Virus record (IMG/VR): IMGVR_UViG_3300032221_000131
Coordinates: 1-25,559 of that record
DNA from: a virus
Taxonomy: Duplodnaviria > Caudoviricetes
DNA length: 25,559 bases
Reading direction: 5' to 3' (one strand)
Shown here: positions 7,695 to 16,287 of the stretch, piece by piece
Layout: every line of letters begins with the position of its first letter
Position numbering within the stretch: position 1 is the stretch's first letter
Notes under the pieces: model-generated
What the model was told of the DNA's origin: nothing
What the model saw: the letters and a program-made list of their open reading frames with translations, nothing else
The model's database searches: none
Translations under genes and position numbers: made by a program

Positions 7695-7712
7695 ATCCGT
7701 ATCTCCCATTTT

Positions 7713-7910
7713 TTACCGTAACTTAATCTTACTATATTCTTCTAGTAAAGTCAAGACATTTTTTAGATCAGGACAAACGAGTTTTTTAGTAACCCATTCT
7801 TCGCTACTATCTTCTCCTGAAAGCTCTACCATCCAACCATTATCATAACGATATACTGTAACGCTATCGTTTACTTTCTCTATCATTTCGTTCAACTTAG
7901 GAAGCGCCAT
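7713..7910 (-). CDS. Hypothetical protein
   Basis: ORF packed in an operon with a GAGGA RBS; YRYDNGWMVE. Confidence 0.65.
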   Translation of the reverse strand: MALPKLNEMIEKVNDSVTVYRYDNGWMVELSGEDSSEEWVTKKLVCPDLKNVLTLLEEYSKIKLR

Positions 7911-7915
7911 AATGT

Positions 7916-8323
7916 TTATCCTCTTCTTGATTTAGTTCCGATCTGGGTAAGATCGTCTTTCGGAGAAAGAAGCTGTAGTCCGCCCTTATTATAGAGGGGC
8001 ATAACTCGCGATGCTTTCTCTAAAATAGCGTCTTGAACATGCTTTGGCTCTTTATGAAGATTGGTCATGATGTCTCGTTTAGAACAATCTCCAGCAACTA
8101 ACTGTTTACTATCGTATTCTTTAGTAGAACGATCAACCATCATATCATCATTATACCGCTTTTTCCACGATAAGTCAACAGTTTTCTTTCCGCGAATCTG
8201 GTCTGGATGAAGACCCTTATTTAACAACCAGATATCGTGAGCCGATATCTTTTTTTCTGTCTTTCGTTTACGTTTACGAGTGTTATTTGTAGTATAAAAA
8301 GCTGGAAGAATATGCATAGACAT
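7916..8323 (-). CDS. Hypothetical basic protein (T4-like conserved YNKGG tail)
   Basis: AGGAG RBS, strong promoter upstream, PLYNKGGLQ motif. Confidence 0.7.
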   Translation of the reverse strand: MSMHILPAFYTTNNTRKRKRKTEKKISAHDIWLLNKGLHPDQIRGKKTVDLSWKKRYNDDMMVDRSTKEYDSKQLVAGDCSKRDIMTNLHKEPKHVQDAILEKASRVMPLYNKGGLQLLSPKDDLTQIGTKSRRG

Positions 8324-8345
8324 GGGCGAACTCCTATGTTCTTTT

Positions 8346-8374
8346 ATTATACCCTATATCTAGAAAAAAGTCAA
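8346..8374 (-). promoter_or_regulatory. sigma70-like early promoter TTGACT-17-TATAAT
   Basis: Near-consensus -35 (8374-8369) and -10 (8351-8346) with a 17-nt spacer. Confidence 0.85.
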
Positions 8375-8553
8375 ATATCTTTTAATAGCTTCTCGAAGAG
8401 CTCTTTGCAAGGATTATATTTTTCCTCTAGAACTTTTCTACTATGATAATGATTCTCATAATTTTTCTCTTGTAAATATTCGTATCTTGCATCAATCATT
8501 TGTTCAAGAGCTTCGAGTATTTTATTAATTTTTTGTTCAGATATCTTCGACAT
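8371..8553 (-). CDS. Hypothetical helical protein
   Basis: 60-aa ORF overlapping the upstream gene end. Confidence 0.6.
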   Translation of the reverse strand: MSKISEQKINKILEALEQMIDARYEYLQEKNYENHYHSRKVLEEKYNPCKELFEKLLKDI

Positions 8554-8884
8554 TCATATTATCCCTACTACTTTCGACCATAATATATCTGGCCTCAGGA
8601 TCTAATTCCATATGAGCTTCGAGTAAATCTCTAACGCTTGTTAGTCTTTTACTGATGTCTTTAATTGTGTTATGAACTGCTTGATCATTATTACCTTCTT
8701 CTAGATCCATAAGAGCAGCATCTAAGTTCATATCAACTGAATAATCAATTTGCCATTTATAAACAGAACCATCTTTATCTAGTTCTTCGTTTAATCTTGA
8801 AGGAGGAAACAGAATATTTTTAATCTGTTCCAATCTCTCTTCGGCTGGAGTATTAATTTTTCTTTCAACTTTAAATGGCCACAT
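8537..8884 (-). CDS. Hypothetical protein
   Basis: AGGTGA RBS downstream of regA; 115-aa ORF. Confidence 0.7.
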   Translation of the reverse strand: MWPFKVERKINTPAEERLEQIKNILFPPSRLNEELDKDGSVYKWQIDYSVDMNLDAALMDLEEGNNDQAVHNTIKDISKRLTSVRDLLEAHMELDPEARYIMVESSRDNMNVEDI

Positions 8885-8901
8885 AATATATCACCTTTCC
8901 A

Positions 8902-9303
8902 TTATTTCTTTTTACGACCCATGTTATATTTTGCCTCTAGAGTCCAATCATTTTTCTCTTTATGGTTAATGATTTTAATCTGACTCATTGAAGCTAATGG
9001 ATCTTCAATACGCTCTGGTTCAATAACTTTGAGCAATCCCCATTCTTGTAATAGTTGAATTATTTTATTACGACGTCCTTTATCTTCATCGGAGAAATTA
9101 GATGGTTTACCATCAATAGAAAACATCTCTTTGAAATGGACTATGTAATATTTGCCCTGTTTATGAAAGATATGACATGATTGATAAAGTTTTTTCTCTT
9201 TACGAGAAGCAACCCCAATACGGGTTAAGGTTTCTTTGATCTTAAGAAAATCTTCTTCTTCAGCTATACGTACCTCTACTAGCGTGTCGAGCAGTTCATT
9301 CAT
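8902..9303 (-). CDS. regA: Translational repressor RegA
   Basis: DFLKIKETLTRIGVAS, LYQSCHI, YYIVHFKE, RRNKI..LL.EWGL, KY.MG. Confidence 0.96.
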   Translation of the reverse strand: MNELLDTLVEVRIAEEEDFLKIKETLTRIGVASRKEKKLYQSCHIFHKQGKYYIVHFKEMFSIDGKPSNFSDEDKGRRNKIIQLLQEWGLLKVIEPERIEDPLASMSQIKIINHKEKNDWTLEAKYNMGRKKK

Positions 9304-9308
9304 AACTT

Positions 9309-9350
9309 TCAACCTTTTCTTGTTTTTGCTTAATATATTTCATTCTGCTC
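9309..9350 (-). pseudogene. Decayed duplicate of the gp62 3' end
   Basis: GAG CAG (A) ATG AAA TAT ATT AAG CAA AAA CAA GAA AA- GGT TGA = EQ-MKYIKQKQE(K)G*, in register with the gp62 tail EQINDIKIRMSKGG. Confidence 0.55.
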
Positions 9351-9367
9351 GGTTACCCGTAGCCTTA

Positions 9368-9381
9368 TATTTATATAAATA
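9368..9381. promoter_or_regulatory. Palindromic divergent pair of late promoters TATTTATATAAATA
   Basis: TATAAATA on + (9374-9381, towards the endonuclease) and on - (9375-9368, towards regA). Confidence 0.7.
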
Positions 9382-9439
9382 GATTTGTCAGTCGCGGATG
9401 GCCGTCCCACTGACTCTACGTCTGAAAAGGAGACCCAGC

Positions 9440-9919
9440 ATGATATATTTATACGTCAAAATCCACAATATAACTGGCCTGAAATATCTAGGCAAAACAG
9501 TACAAGATCCTTTCGTTTATAATGGTTCTGGCAAAAGATGGCTGAATCATCTGAAAAAACATGGCGTAGACATTACCACAGAAATCTTATTTCAGACAGA
9601 AGATAAAGACATATTCAAACAAAAAGCCATTTATTATTCTAATCTGTATAACATAGTCGAATCAGATGATTGGGCTAATATCAGACCAGAAGAAGGAGAT
9701 GGTGGCGACACTTCACAGTATATTGATTATGTTAAAGTAGAAGCCATCAAAAAACATCGAAAAGATCTTGGACATTACAAAGATAGACCCAAAAGAGTAC
9801 TATCAGAACAAACTAAGTCCAAGATGTCAAAAACGAGGACTGGGCAAAAAAGAGGACCATACAAACCTTACGTTAGAAAAAAACGTGGTCCATACAAGTC
9901 TAAGAAACCCCTCCCTTAG
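9440..9919 (+). mobile_element. Free-standing GIY-YIG (Seg-like) homing endonuclease with NUMOD3-like tail
   Basis: MIYLYVK...TGLKYLGKT, YNGSGKRW..HLKKHG, WAN, LSEQTKSKMSKTRTG; AAGGAG RBS before ATG 9440; opposite strand to the flanking core genes. Confidence 0.88.
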
Positions 9920-10358
9920 ACATACGAATCTTGATATCATTTATCTGCTCGTCATTAAGTATCTTCAATGCTTCTTTAGTGCGCACAATATTATATTTAT
10001 AATAATCAGAAACTAGGGACTGGAGTTCTTCCTTATGCTTACGTTCCTTCTTTTCTTGATCAGTTTCTTTCTTAGAATACATTTTCTTTTTACGAATTGA
10101 ATTAAACATGTAATCATAATGCATTTGATCTGTTACATTATAATTAATATTCATTTCGTTGGCGTAGAGAATGGTTTCCCTGTAATTCGAAAGAATGTTA
10201 TTAGTTCTCCATTGAGAATAATCATTATCCACCTCAATCGTTTTTTTCCCAGAGGTAATTGAATTTTCATAGCGCCAATCATACCTTGGTTTGTCTTGTT
10301 TAATTTCTGGTTTCGGTTCTTTTCTTTCATGTAGAGTTACGTCTAAAAACTTAGCCAT
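9900..10358 (-). CDS. 62: Clamp loader small subunit (gp62)
   Basis: YANEMN, QMHYDY.FNSIRK, YYKYN..RTKEALKIL..EQI...KGG; lies between gp44 and regA; TGATG overlap. Confidence 0.88.
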   Translation of the reverse strand: MAKFLDVTLHERKEPKPEIKQDKPRYDWRYENSITSGKKTIEVDNDYSQWRTNNILSNYRETILYANEMNINYNVTDQMHYDYMFNSIRKKKMYSKKETDQEKKERKHKEELQSLVSDYYKYNIVRTKEALKILNDEQINDIKIRMSKGGVS

Positions 10359-11296
10359 CAGACGAACTCGCAATTAATCATTACCTCTACTAGAAAGGCC
10401 AAGAAGTTAATTTCTGGATTAGCCGAGAAAGCATTTTGATATTGATATTTTGCTAACTGTAAAACCATTACAGGGGCTGTTTGCTTTGAACAAATATCAG
10501 AAGAAATATCATAGAACTGATTGTAAAGATAATTAACATCCGTATCTAGATTATTCTTAACCCATTTACGTATCTCAGTATAATTAGAATCTTTAAGGAA
10601 AGCGACTAATTCTTTAATAGAAGATTCAGTCATATTCGCAAGAATACCAGAATCAATCTTGCCTGTTGCTGAATAACGCTGAAGCTCGTTAAGAACTCGA
10701 CGCCAATCCGGAAAATGCTTATTGATTACTTCGGCAACAACCTTCTGATCAAACTCAATGTTCTCAGATTGTAGAATAGTAGTTACACGCTTAAAGAACT
10801 GAGTAGCAAGTTTGGCCATTGCCTTCTTGCTAATCTTAAAGTCAATTACCGAACACCTTGAGTGTAGAGGCTCGATAATACGGTTCTTGAAGTTACAAGT
10901 GAGAATAAATCCACAGTTTCTGGAAAATTCTTCCATGAAGTTGCGAAGTGCAGGTTGCGTAGAGTTAGCGTTGAGATAGTCTGCCTCATCTAGGATAACA
11001 TACTTTCTTCCACCAGACAAACTGACGGCTGAGGCAAAATTGAGTATCTCATTTCGGAGAGTGTCGATGTTTCCATTCATAGATCCATTAATTACAATAT
11101 AATCACAACCAAGTTGTTCGAGCATAGCACGTGCTACAGTAGTTTTACCTACACCAGCTGTACCAGATAAAATTAGATTGGGAATATTTTTTTGATCAAC
11201 AAACTGTTGGAATGTTTGTTTTAAATCGCAAGGAAGAATAGTTTCTTCAATAGTTTTTGGGCGATACTTCTCCACCCACAGAAATTCTTCGTTCAT
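10358..11296 (-). CDS. 44: Clamp loader large subunit (gp44)
   Basis: LWVEKYRP, GTAGVGKTT, ILDEAD, QPALR, SRC, FPDWRR. Confidence 0.97.
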   Translation of the reverse strand: MNEEFLWVEKYRPKTIEETILPCDLKQTFQQFVDQKNIPNLILSGTAGVGKTTVARAMLEQLGCDYIVINGSMNGNIDTLRNEILNFASAVSLSGGRKYVILDEADYLNANSTQPALRNFMEEFSRNCGFILTCNFKNRIIEPLHSRCSVIDFKISKKAMAKLATQFFKRVTTILQSENIEFDQKVVAEVINKHFPDWRRVLNELQRYSATGKIDSGILANMTESSIKELVAFLKDSNYTEIRKWVKNNLDTDVNYLYNQFYDISSDICSKQTAPVMVLQLAKYQYQNAFSANPEINFLAFLVEVMINCEFV

Positions 11297-11298
11297 TA

Positions 11299-11604
11299 TT
11301 AAACCTCATTACAAAAAAAGTTTTCAAGAGTTGTAGAAAAAGTAGATCTAGGTCTAGAACCTTTATTATAACTCTTATTCTTTTCATCATAACAAACTAT
11401 ACAATAATCTCTTAAATCTTTTGAAACTATCTGCGATGGATGAATATGTTGTTTATTTGGTTTTGTATAAAAATCGCTGTATAGTTTCCATTCCCCACAA
11501 CAAGTGCACTGTTTCTTCTTAAAAGATTTTCCTCCAAAAACATCTCTAGTTACATTGTTAGAAACATGTCTACTAACTCGTCCAATAGTTTCTACCCTTT
11601 TCAT
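11299..11604 (-). CDS. Small Zn-finger protein (CxCC...CxxC) inserted between gp45 and gp44
   Basis: KQCTCCGEWKLYSDFY...RDYCIVC; GGAGA RBS before ATG 11604. Confidence 0.7.
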   Translation of the reverse strand: MKRVETIGRVSRHVSNNVTRDVFGGKSFKKKQCTCCGEWKLYSDFYTKPNKQHIHPSQIVSKDLRDYCIVCYDEKNKSYNKGSRPRSTFSTTLENFFCNEV

Positions 11605-11619
11605 CAAAATCTCCATAGC

Positions 11620-11646
11620 AAAAAGTGGGGGACCGAAGTCCCCCGT
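11620..11646 (-). terminator. Intrinsic terminator with cUUCGg tetraloop after gp45
   Basis: GGGGGAC-TTCG-GTCCCCC followed by ACTTTTT on the - strand. Confidence 0.9.
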
Positions 11647-11651
11647 CAAGT

Positions 11652-12305
11652 TTAGAAAGTTGAAGTTGATTCAACTGCAATATAGTACTCTACTTCATCA
11701 TGAACAAAATGGGAAATACCTCTTGACGAAATATTTACCTCATAATCACCTGGAATGATTTTAATATTCTCAGCCTTAAAGATCGCCTTAAACGCTTTAT
11801 CTGTTTCTCCAATCTGTATAGAATAAATATCACCTGTCGGATTCTTTGAGTCTGCTGCTTGAAGAAATAAATTCTTTCCATCACCAAGCACTACGATCTC
11901 CGGAAGCGCAAGAATACCTGCTGCCTTTTCGACATCCTTTAGATGATCATTTGTTAACTTAAACGTGACATCAATAGAAGGAAGATTAATTTCCTTTTCC
12001 GGAGCCTTCGTAACAGTATTCTCATCAGCATAAACATAATGAGTTTTACGATTGTCTCCAGAAATATCAACCGACTTTTCACCAAACTTGAATTCTGGAT
12101 CAGTAAAAGTGCTTACGATCGATATAAAACGATCAAGATTATAAATTGCAAAACGTTTTGCAAACTCAGTCTTAACCTTTGCCTTTGCCATTATTGTCTT
12201 AGTTGGCGAAATGGTCTTTAGAACATTTCCTTCCTGAACAACAATAGATGGATTAATCTTCGCAAAGTTCTTTAGTACGTTTACTGTATCTGTATCAATT
12301 TTCAT
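11652..12305 (-). CDS. 45: Sliding clamp (gp45)
   Basis: LKNFAKINPSI, FAIYNL..F, ENIKIIPGDYEV.IS, YYIAVE. Confidence 0.96.
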   Translation of the reverse strand: MKIDTDTVNVLKNFAKINPSIVVQEGNVLKTISPTKTIMAKAKVKTEFAKRFAIYNLDRFISIVSTFTDPEFKFGEKSVDISGDNRKTHYVYADENTVTKAPEKEINLPSIDVTFKLTNDHLKDVEKAAGILALPEIVVLGDGKNLFLQAADSKNPTGDIYSIQIGETDKAFKAIFKAENIKIIPGDYEVNISSRGISHFVHDEVEYYIAVESTSTF

Positions 12306-12320
12306 AATAAATTTCTCCTA

Positions 12321-13199
12321 TCACTTGCCTTTGTTTTGGGACTTCATCATTTTCTTACCTTTAAGAGCTCCTGGATCAGCTGTCGCCGAAGCGCCAATCG
12401 ATGCAAGATCAGCAAGAGAACCACCAAAGATATAAGTTCCGACATGCTGTAATTTCATCCAAGGACAGAACCATGTACGCAAATTAATTTGTTGCGCCTT
12501 TTGACAGAACCAATAATCTTCTGAAAGATAACGCTTAGACACAGGATCAATTTCTGCTTGAAAGAACTGTAGAATTTCTCTAGTGCCGTCAAAATGCTCA
12601 GTACGAACATGATCTGGTTTATAAGAATATTGATCTTTATAAGAATCATAAAACTTAGTCATAGCTTCTTTTGTTACCATCATGAAGCCAGTGCCAATCT
12701 CGAGAACCTCTACTGGCTCAGAAATTGAAATACTTGTTTGACCTCCCTTTGGATTGAACACATAATCACCAACGAACTTTTCAAGAACATTTGGATCTTC
12801 GTCGGCAACACCCTTATCAACTGCACGTTTAATCTTTTCCCAACTAATGCACTTCTTTGGATATGGGCCACCAATGATATCATACTTCTCGATCTCGTTT
12901 GCCTGAAGAGCCATAAGAGCAATAACATCCTGTGGATTAAATCCGATATCAGAGTCAATAAACATTAAATGTTTAGCTTGAGAACGCATGAATTCATCAC
13001 AGCAATAATTTCTTGCACGAGTAATCAAAGACTCGTTAAACAAATAATAAAACTGTAGGGGAATACCATACTGCGTACAAATAGCAGAAAGATCAGCGCA
13101 AGACTTAGCAAACATACCTGCGCACTGTCCGCCATACATTGGCGCAGCTACGAATAGCCCACGCTCTTTTAACTTTTCAATTGGGATTTTAATTTCCAT
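12321..13199 (-). CDS. GT-A fold glycosyltransferase-like protein
   Basis: PMYGG, NESLITRARN, LMFIDSDI (DxD), GPYPKK, GTGFMM, YLSEDYWFC. Confidence 0.75.
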   Translation of the reverse strand: MEIKIPIEKLKERGLFVAAPMYGGQCAGMFAKSCADLSAICTQYGIPLQFYYLFNESLITRARNYCCDEFMRSQAKHLMFIDSDIGFNPQDVIALMALQANEIEKYDIIGGPYPKKCISWEKIKRAVDKGVADEDPNVLEKFVGDYVFNPKGGQTSISISEPVEVLEIGTGFMMVTKEAMTKFYDSYKDQYSYKPDHVRTEHFDGTREILQFFQAEIDPVSKRYLSEDYWFCQKAQQINLRTWFCPWMKLQHVGTYIFGGSLADLASIGASATADPGALKGKKMMKSQNKGK

Positions 13200-13215
13200 A
13201 CTCTATTCACCTTTC

Positions 13216-13404
13216 TTATGCTGTAATAGTATTTTTGTAATTACATGTTTGACAATGAACTGCTTTACGTGGAGGATACGATGTCAAAATCATTCCTGGT
13301 TGTGATTCGATTAATTCGTCACCGCATGCAGGACATTGAATACCAGTACCATGACTTATCCTAACATTTCTTTTCTGTTCTTCATATTCTTCAAGGGTTT
13401 TCAT
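13216..13404 (-). CDS. Small Zn-ribbon protein
   Basis: CPACG...CQTC. Confidence 0.7.
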   Translation of the reverse strand: MKTLEEYEEQKRNVRISHGTGIQCPACGDELIESQPGMILTSYPPRKAVHCQTCNYKNTITA

Positions 13405-13790
13405 TTCGAATCCTTATAATGATCAACATGTAAACATAGTATAATATAATGAAGAGCTTTTAGCAAGTCATCTTTATTATTACCATGCTTTTTTCCATAA
13501 CGCCAAAGATATTTTAAAGCTGTGTTACGGAAAGTTGGCATTGAATCGCCAAGAGCTATCCAAGCATCAAAACATTCGACTGACTGATCTTCTGTTTTGT
13601 AATGTTGACCATATGTATTATCTATATAGTCTCTTAGGTCATTAATGATACGACCTTCAGAGTATTTATATGGAATTTTTCTTGGTTCGGCGACTGAAAA
13701 AGTAACTGTTTCATATGGTCTTCCTAAACCTCCAGTAACTGTTCCTCCACCATCAGCCATTATAAATCCACCATCAACTACCTTTGTCAT
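13401..13790 (-). CDS. DUF3310-like (SaV-like) protein
   Basis: YIDNTYGQHY, ALKYLWRYGKK, DLLKALHY. Confidence 0.75.
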   Translation of the reverse strand: MTKVVDGGFIMADGGGTVTGGLGRPYETVTFSVAEPRKIPYKYSEGRIINDLRDYIDNTYGQHYKTEDQSVECFDAWIALGDSMPTFRNTALKYLWRYGKKHGNNKDDLLKALHYIILCLHVDHYKDSK

Positions 13791-13794
13791 CTGT

Positions 13795-14349
13795 TCACCC
13801 TTCTCCCATAATTTCTAGAATTCTATCAACAGTTACATCTCTTTCTTTTGTATTATTGTTAGAAAACTTTTCAGTATTAAACATTAAAGTCATATTTGAA
13901 AGAATATTAGCAATCTTTGTTTCTCGACCTTGAAGCCAAGTTTCGTTTTGATTACTTCCACGCTCTTTATATCTTTCTTCTCTTATACTTTTATCCGTTG
14001 AGAGATAAAGAATATATGTATCATAGTTTTCTACACAATGTTCTAAAAATGAAGATGTAAAAAGACGATCGCCTTCAAAAAGAACGATTGAATCTTTATC
14101 TAAACTTGCTAGAAATTTAATTGCTTCTGGTTGAACAGCCATTGACATACGATCTGTTCCAGAAAATACTTCATCCTCGTCATACTTTCCAAGAAGATAA
14201 ACAGAACCACATTGGATATAAGGAACCAACTTAAACGAATCATAACATTTAAGGTAAACATACTTATCTAAATAATTAAGGATTTCTTTCATTAAAGTAG
14301 ACTTACCAGATCCTGGCTCACCACCAATAGCGATAATTTTCATATTCAC
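13795..14349 (-). CDS. P-loop nucleotide kinase associated with base-modification clusters
   Basis: IAIGGEPGSGKST, GTDRMS, FEGDRL, RYKERGS. Confidence 0.8.
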   Translation of the reverse strand: MNMKIIAIGGEPGSGKSTLMKEILNYLDKYVYLKCYDSFKLVPYIQCGSVYLLGKYDEDEVFSGTDRMSMAVQPEAIKFLASLDKDSIVLFEGDRLFTSSFLEHCVENYDTYILYLSTDKSIREERYKERGSNQNETWLQGRETKIANILSNMTLMFNTEKFSNNNTKERDVTVDRILEIMGEG

Positions 14350-15515
14350 TCCATAAAGTTTTCAAGAGTAGTCTCATTATGATAATCGTTTTTAAAACAG
14401 TCCCATTCTTCATCCATCATAATAACTTGACCAGTTTGTAGATAATGATTCTGTTTTTCCTTACAAAGTCCTTTATCCCAAGGATTATCTTCTAACCTTA
14501 GATACTTAGGCAAACATTCACGTCTCATATCCCAAAAATGTTGAAATTTATTTCCCCATTCTTCTTCGGCGTATTTAATACGATTATACATCATATCCAT
14601 ATAGACATTAGGATAACGACGATTAGGACGATGCCAAGATTTATAACAACAAAAAGTAGACTCTAACGTAAAGTAACTAACATCCTCATGATTTATTCTT
14701 TGTTTCGCTTCTTCTAAAAGTATTTTTCCTTCTTCTTTCAACCATTCTATAGTCTCTGGTTTATATCCAGGAAAGTTTTTATTTTGAGATTCTTTAGCGT
14801 CCCACCAATCTAAATCGTCTCTTCCCAAGACTTTACAAAGACCGTTACGATGAGATTTTGAACCTGACATATCTTCTAAAAATAAACTATTACAATCAAT
14901 ATTAATACCCTGAATACGAAGATATTCTAAGTAAGAAAAAGTAGATAGTCGCCCAAAAGATAAAAAATTATTACGAACAAAATCCCATACACTTATAAAA
15001 TTAACATACTTATCATCTGAGTAGCATAAAGAGTAAAATAAATTTTCTTGAGATCCAAACTTTTCAACATTATCTTTATACGATTTTACACAAGCAGGAA
15101 AACCAGTTTTACCAATTTTAAAATACTTGCGATCAGAATCCCAACCAGAACCTGCTTTAAATTTACTATGAACTATATTCCACCAATGATCAAGTTCTTC
15201 TATTTCTAAATCTTTTAAAGATGGAAACTTTTCGTAAATCATGGAAGACGTAACTATATTTTGAGAACATCCATTAATAAATGCAATCCATAATTTATCT
15301 TCTTTGCTCATACGCTTATATTTTGATAGCCAAGGAAAAGCAAAATAAACTCCTCCAGGATGACTTTTATATTTTAAATGAAATTCATAAAAGCGTAAAA
15401 ACACTTCACGACGATATATTTGTTTACGAAAATCTAACCCGACAAATAGATTTTTTACTTCTTTTTGATTATTTAATTCTGACCATCTACCTATTTGCTG
15501 CTCAAAAGAACTCAT
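14346..15515 (-). CDS. aGPT-Pplase / amino-acid:DNA transferase family (HhH-glycosylase-like fold)
   Basis: WDSDRKY, FGRLSTFSYLEYL, SKSHRNGLC, FTLESTFCCYK, RRYPNVY; adjacent to the kinase. Confidence 0.75.
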   Translation of the reverse strand: MSSFEQQIGRWSELNNQKEVKNLFVGLDFRKQIYRREVFLRFYEFHLKYKSHPGGVYFAFPWLSKYKRMSKEDKLWIAFINGCSQNIVTSSMIYEKFPSLKDLEIEELDHWWNIVHSKFKAGSGWDSDRKYFKIGKTGFPACVKSYKDNVEKFGSQENLFYSLCYSDDKYVNFISVWDFVRNNFLSFGRLSTFSYLEYLRIQGINIDCNSLFLEDMSGSKSHRNGLCKVLGRDDLDWWDAKESQNKNFPGYKPETIEWLKEEGKILLEEAKQRINHEDVSYFTLESTFCCYKSWHRPNRRYPNVYMDMMYNRIKYAEEEWGNKFQHFWDMRRECLPKYLRLEDNPWDKGLCKEKQNHYLQTGQVIMMDEEWDCFKNDYHNETTLENFME

Positions 15516-16287
15516 CTAATGATCTCGTTTCATCGTTTTTAATAATAAAATTAGATTCGTTTCCTTTAGCAGGAAAATGTTTCATTTCAACTTCATACTG
15601 TCCAGGAGCGCAAGTTAGATATACTGCATTACGATCCCGGAAAGCTGCTCTAATAAGAGAGTAACCAAAATTCTTATAGAGCCAAGTTGATATACCTTTT
15701 ACATATTCCTCTTTCGTCGTAACTTTAACTCCGAGTATTTCGGAGTATTTTTCGCCATGTAAAGACGTAGGATATGTAACAGAAGTGTCAGTCCACATAA
15801 GAAACTTAGGACGTGAAGTAAATGCATTCTCGAATCCCTTCCATTGTTTTTGAAGTTGAAGGATACTAGAATTTGGAAAGTCCAAAAACTTTATATCACT
15901 ATCATCTTCTTTTTGAAGAGCGTCAATAACGCTCTCATGATTAACAACTGTCGGAACTCCCCAATTTGTTAAACGTAATTGTTCAACGCATTCCGCATCT
16001 AGTTCTCCGAGAGTCTGTTTAGAAATATTCAGCATATTGGTGATTATACAAGTCATAACCCCAACGCCAGCCAAATATTCACGAGACGTATAACTCTTAT
16101 CTGTATCGAGTAACGTCTTCTCAAGAGCCCAAGCGGTGGCCACAACTTTCGCTGCTACTAAAGGCTGATGATCTGCAAGATAATGAATATATGAACGTTT
16201 ATGTAGTTCTACATTATCTTCTGAATGTAATTTAATATGAAAGGGAAGTTTCCACTTCCCCATCAATGTTGCTTCTCCATACATCAA
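15502..16287 (-). CDS. Divergent class I SAM-dependent methyltransferase-like protein
   Basis: EYLAGVG (motif I-like), acidic ELD at the end of strand 2, KFLDFPN (motif IV-like). Confidence 0.45.
   Translation of the reverse strand: MMYGEATLMGKWKLPFHIKLHSEDNVELHKRSYIHYLADHQPLVAAKVVATAWALEKTLLDTDKSYTSREYLAGVGVMTCIITNMLNISKQTLGELDAECVEQLRLTNWGVPTVVNHESVIDALQKEDDSDIKFLDFPNSSILQLQKQWKGFENAFTSRPKFLMWTDTSVTYPTSLHGEKYSEILGVKVTTKEEYVKGISTWLYKNFGYSLIRAAFRDRNAVYLTCAPGQYEVEMKHFPAKGNESNFIIKNDETRSLDEFF

Noticed and set aside
9360-9960. Group I intron housing the GIY-YIG gene
   Set aside because: The endonuclease is antisense to the host genes, gp62 and regA are each complete, and there is no room for an intron core.
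13663-13670. Intragenic TATAAATA matches (also 9994-10001)
   Set aside because: They fall within coding sequence, and several chance hits are expected in DNA this AT-rich.
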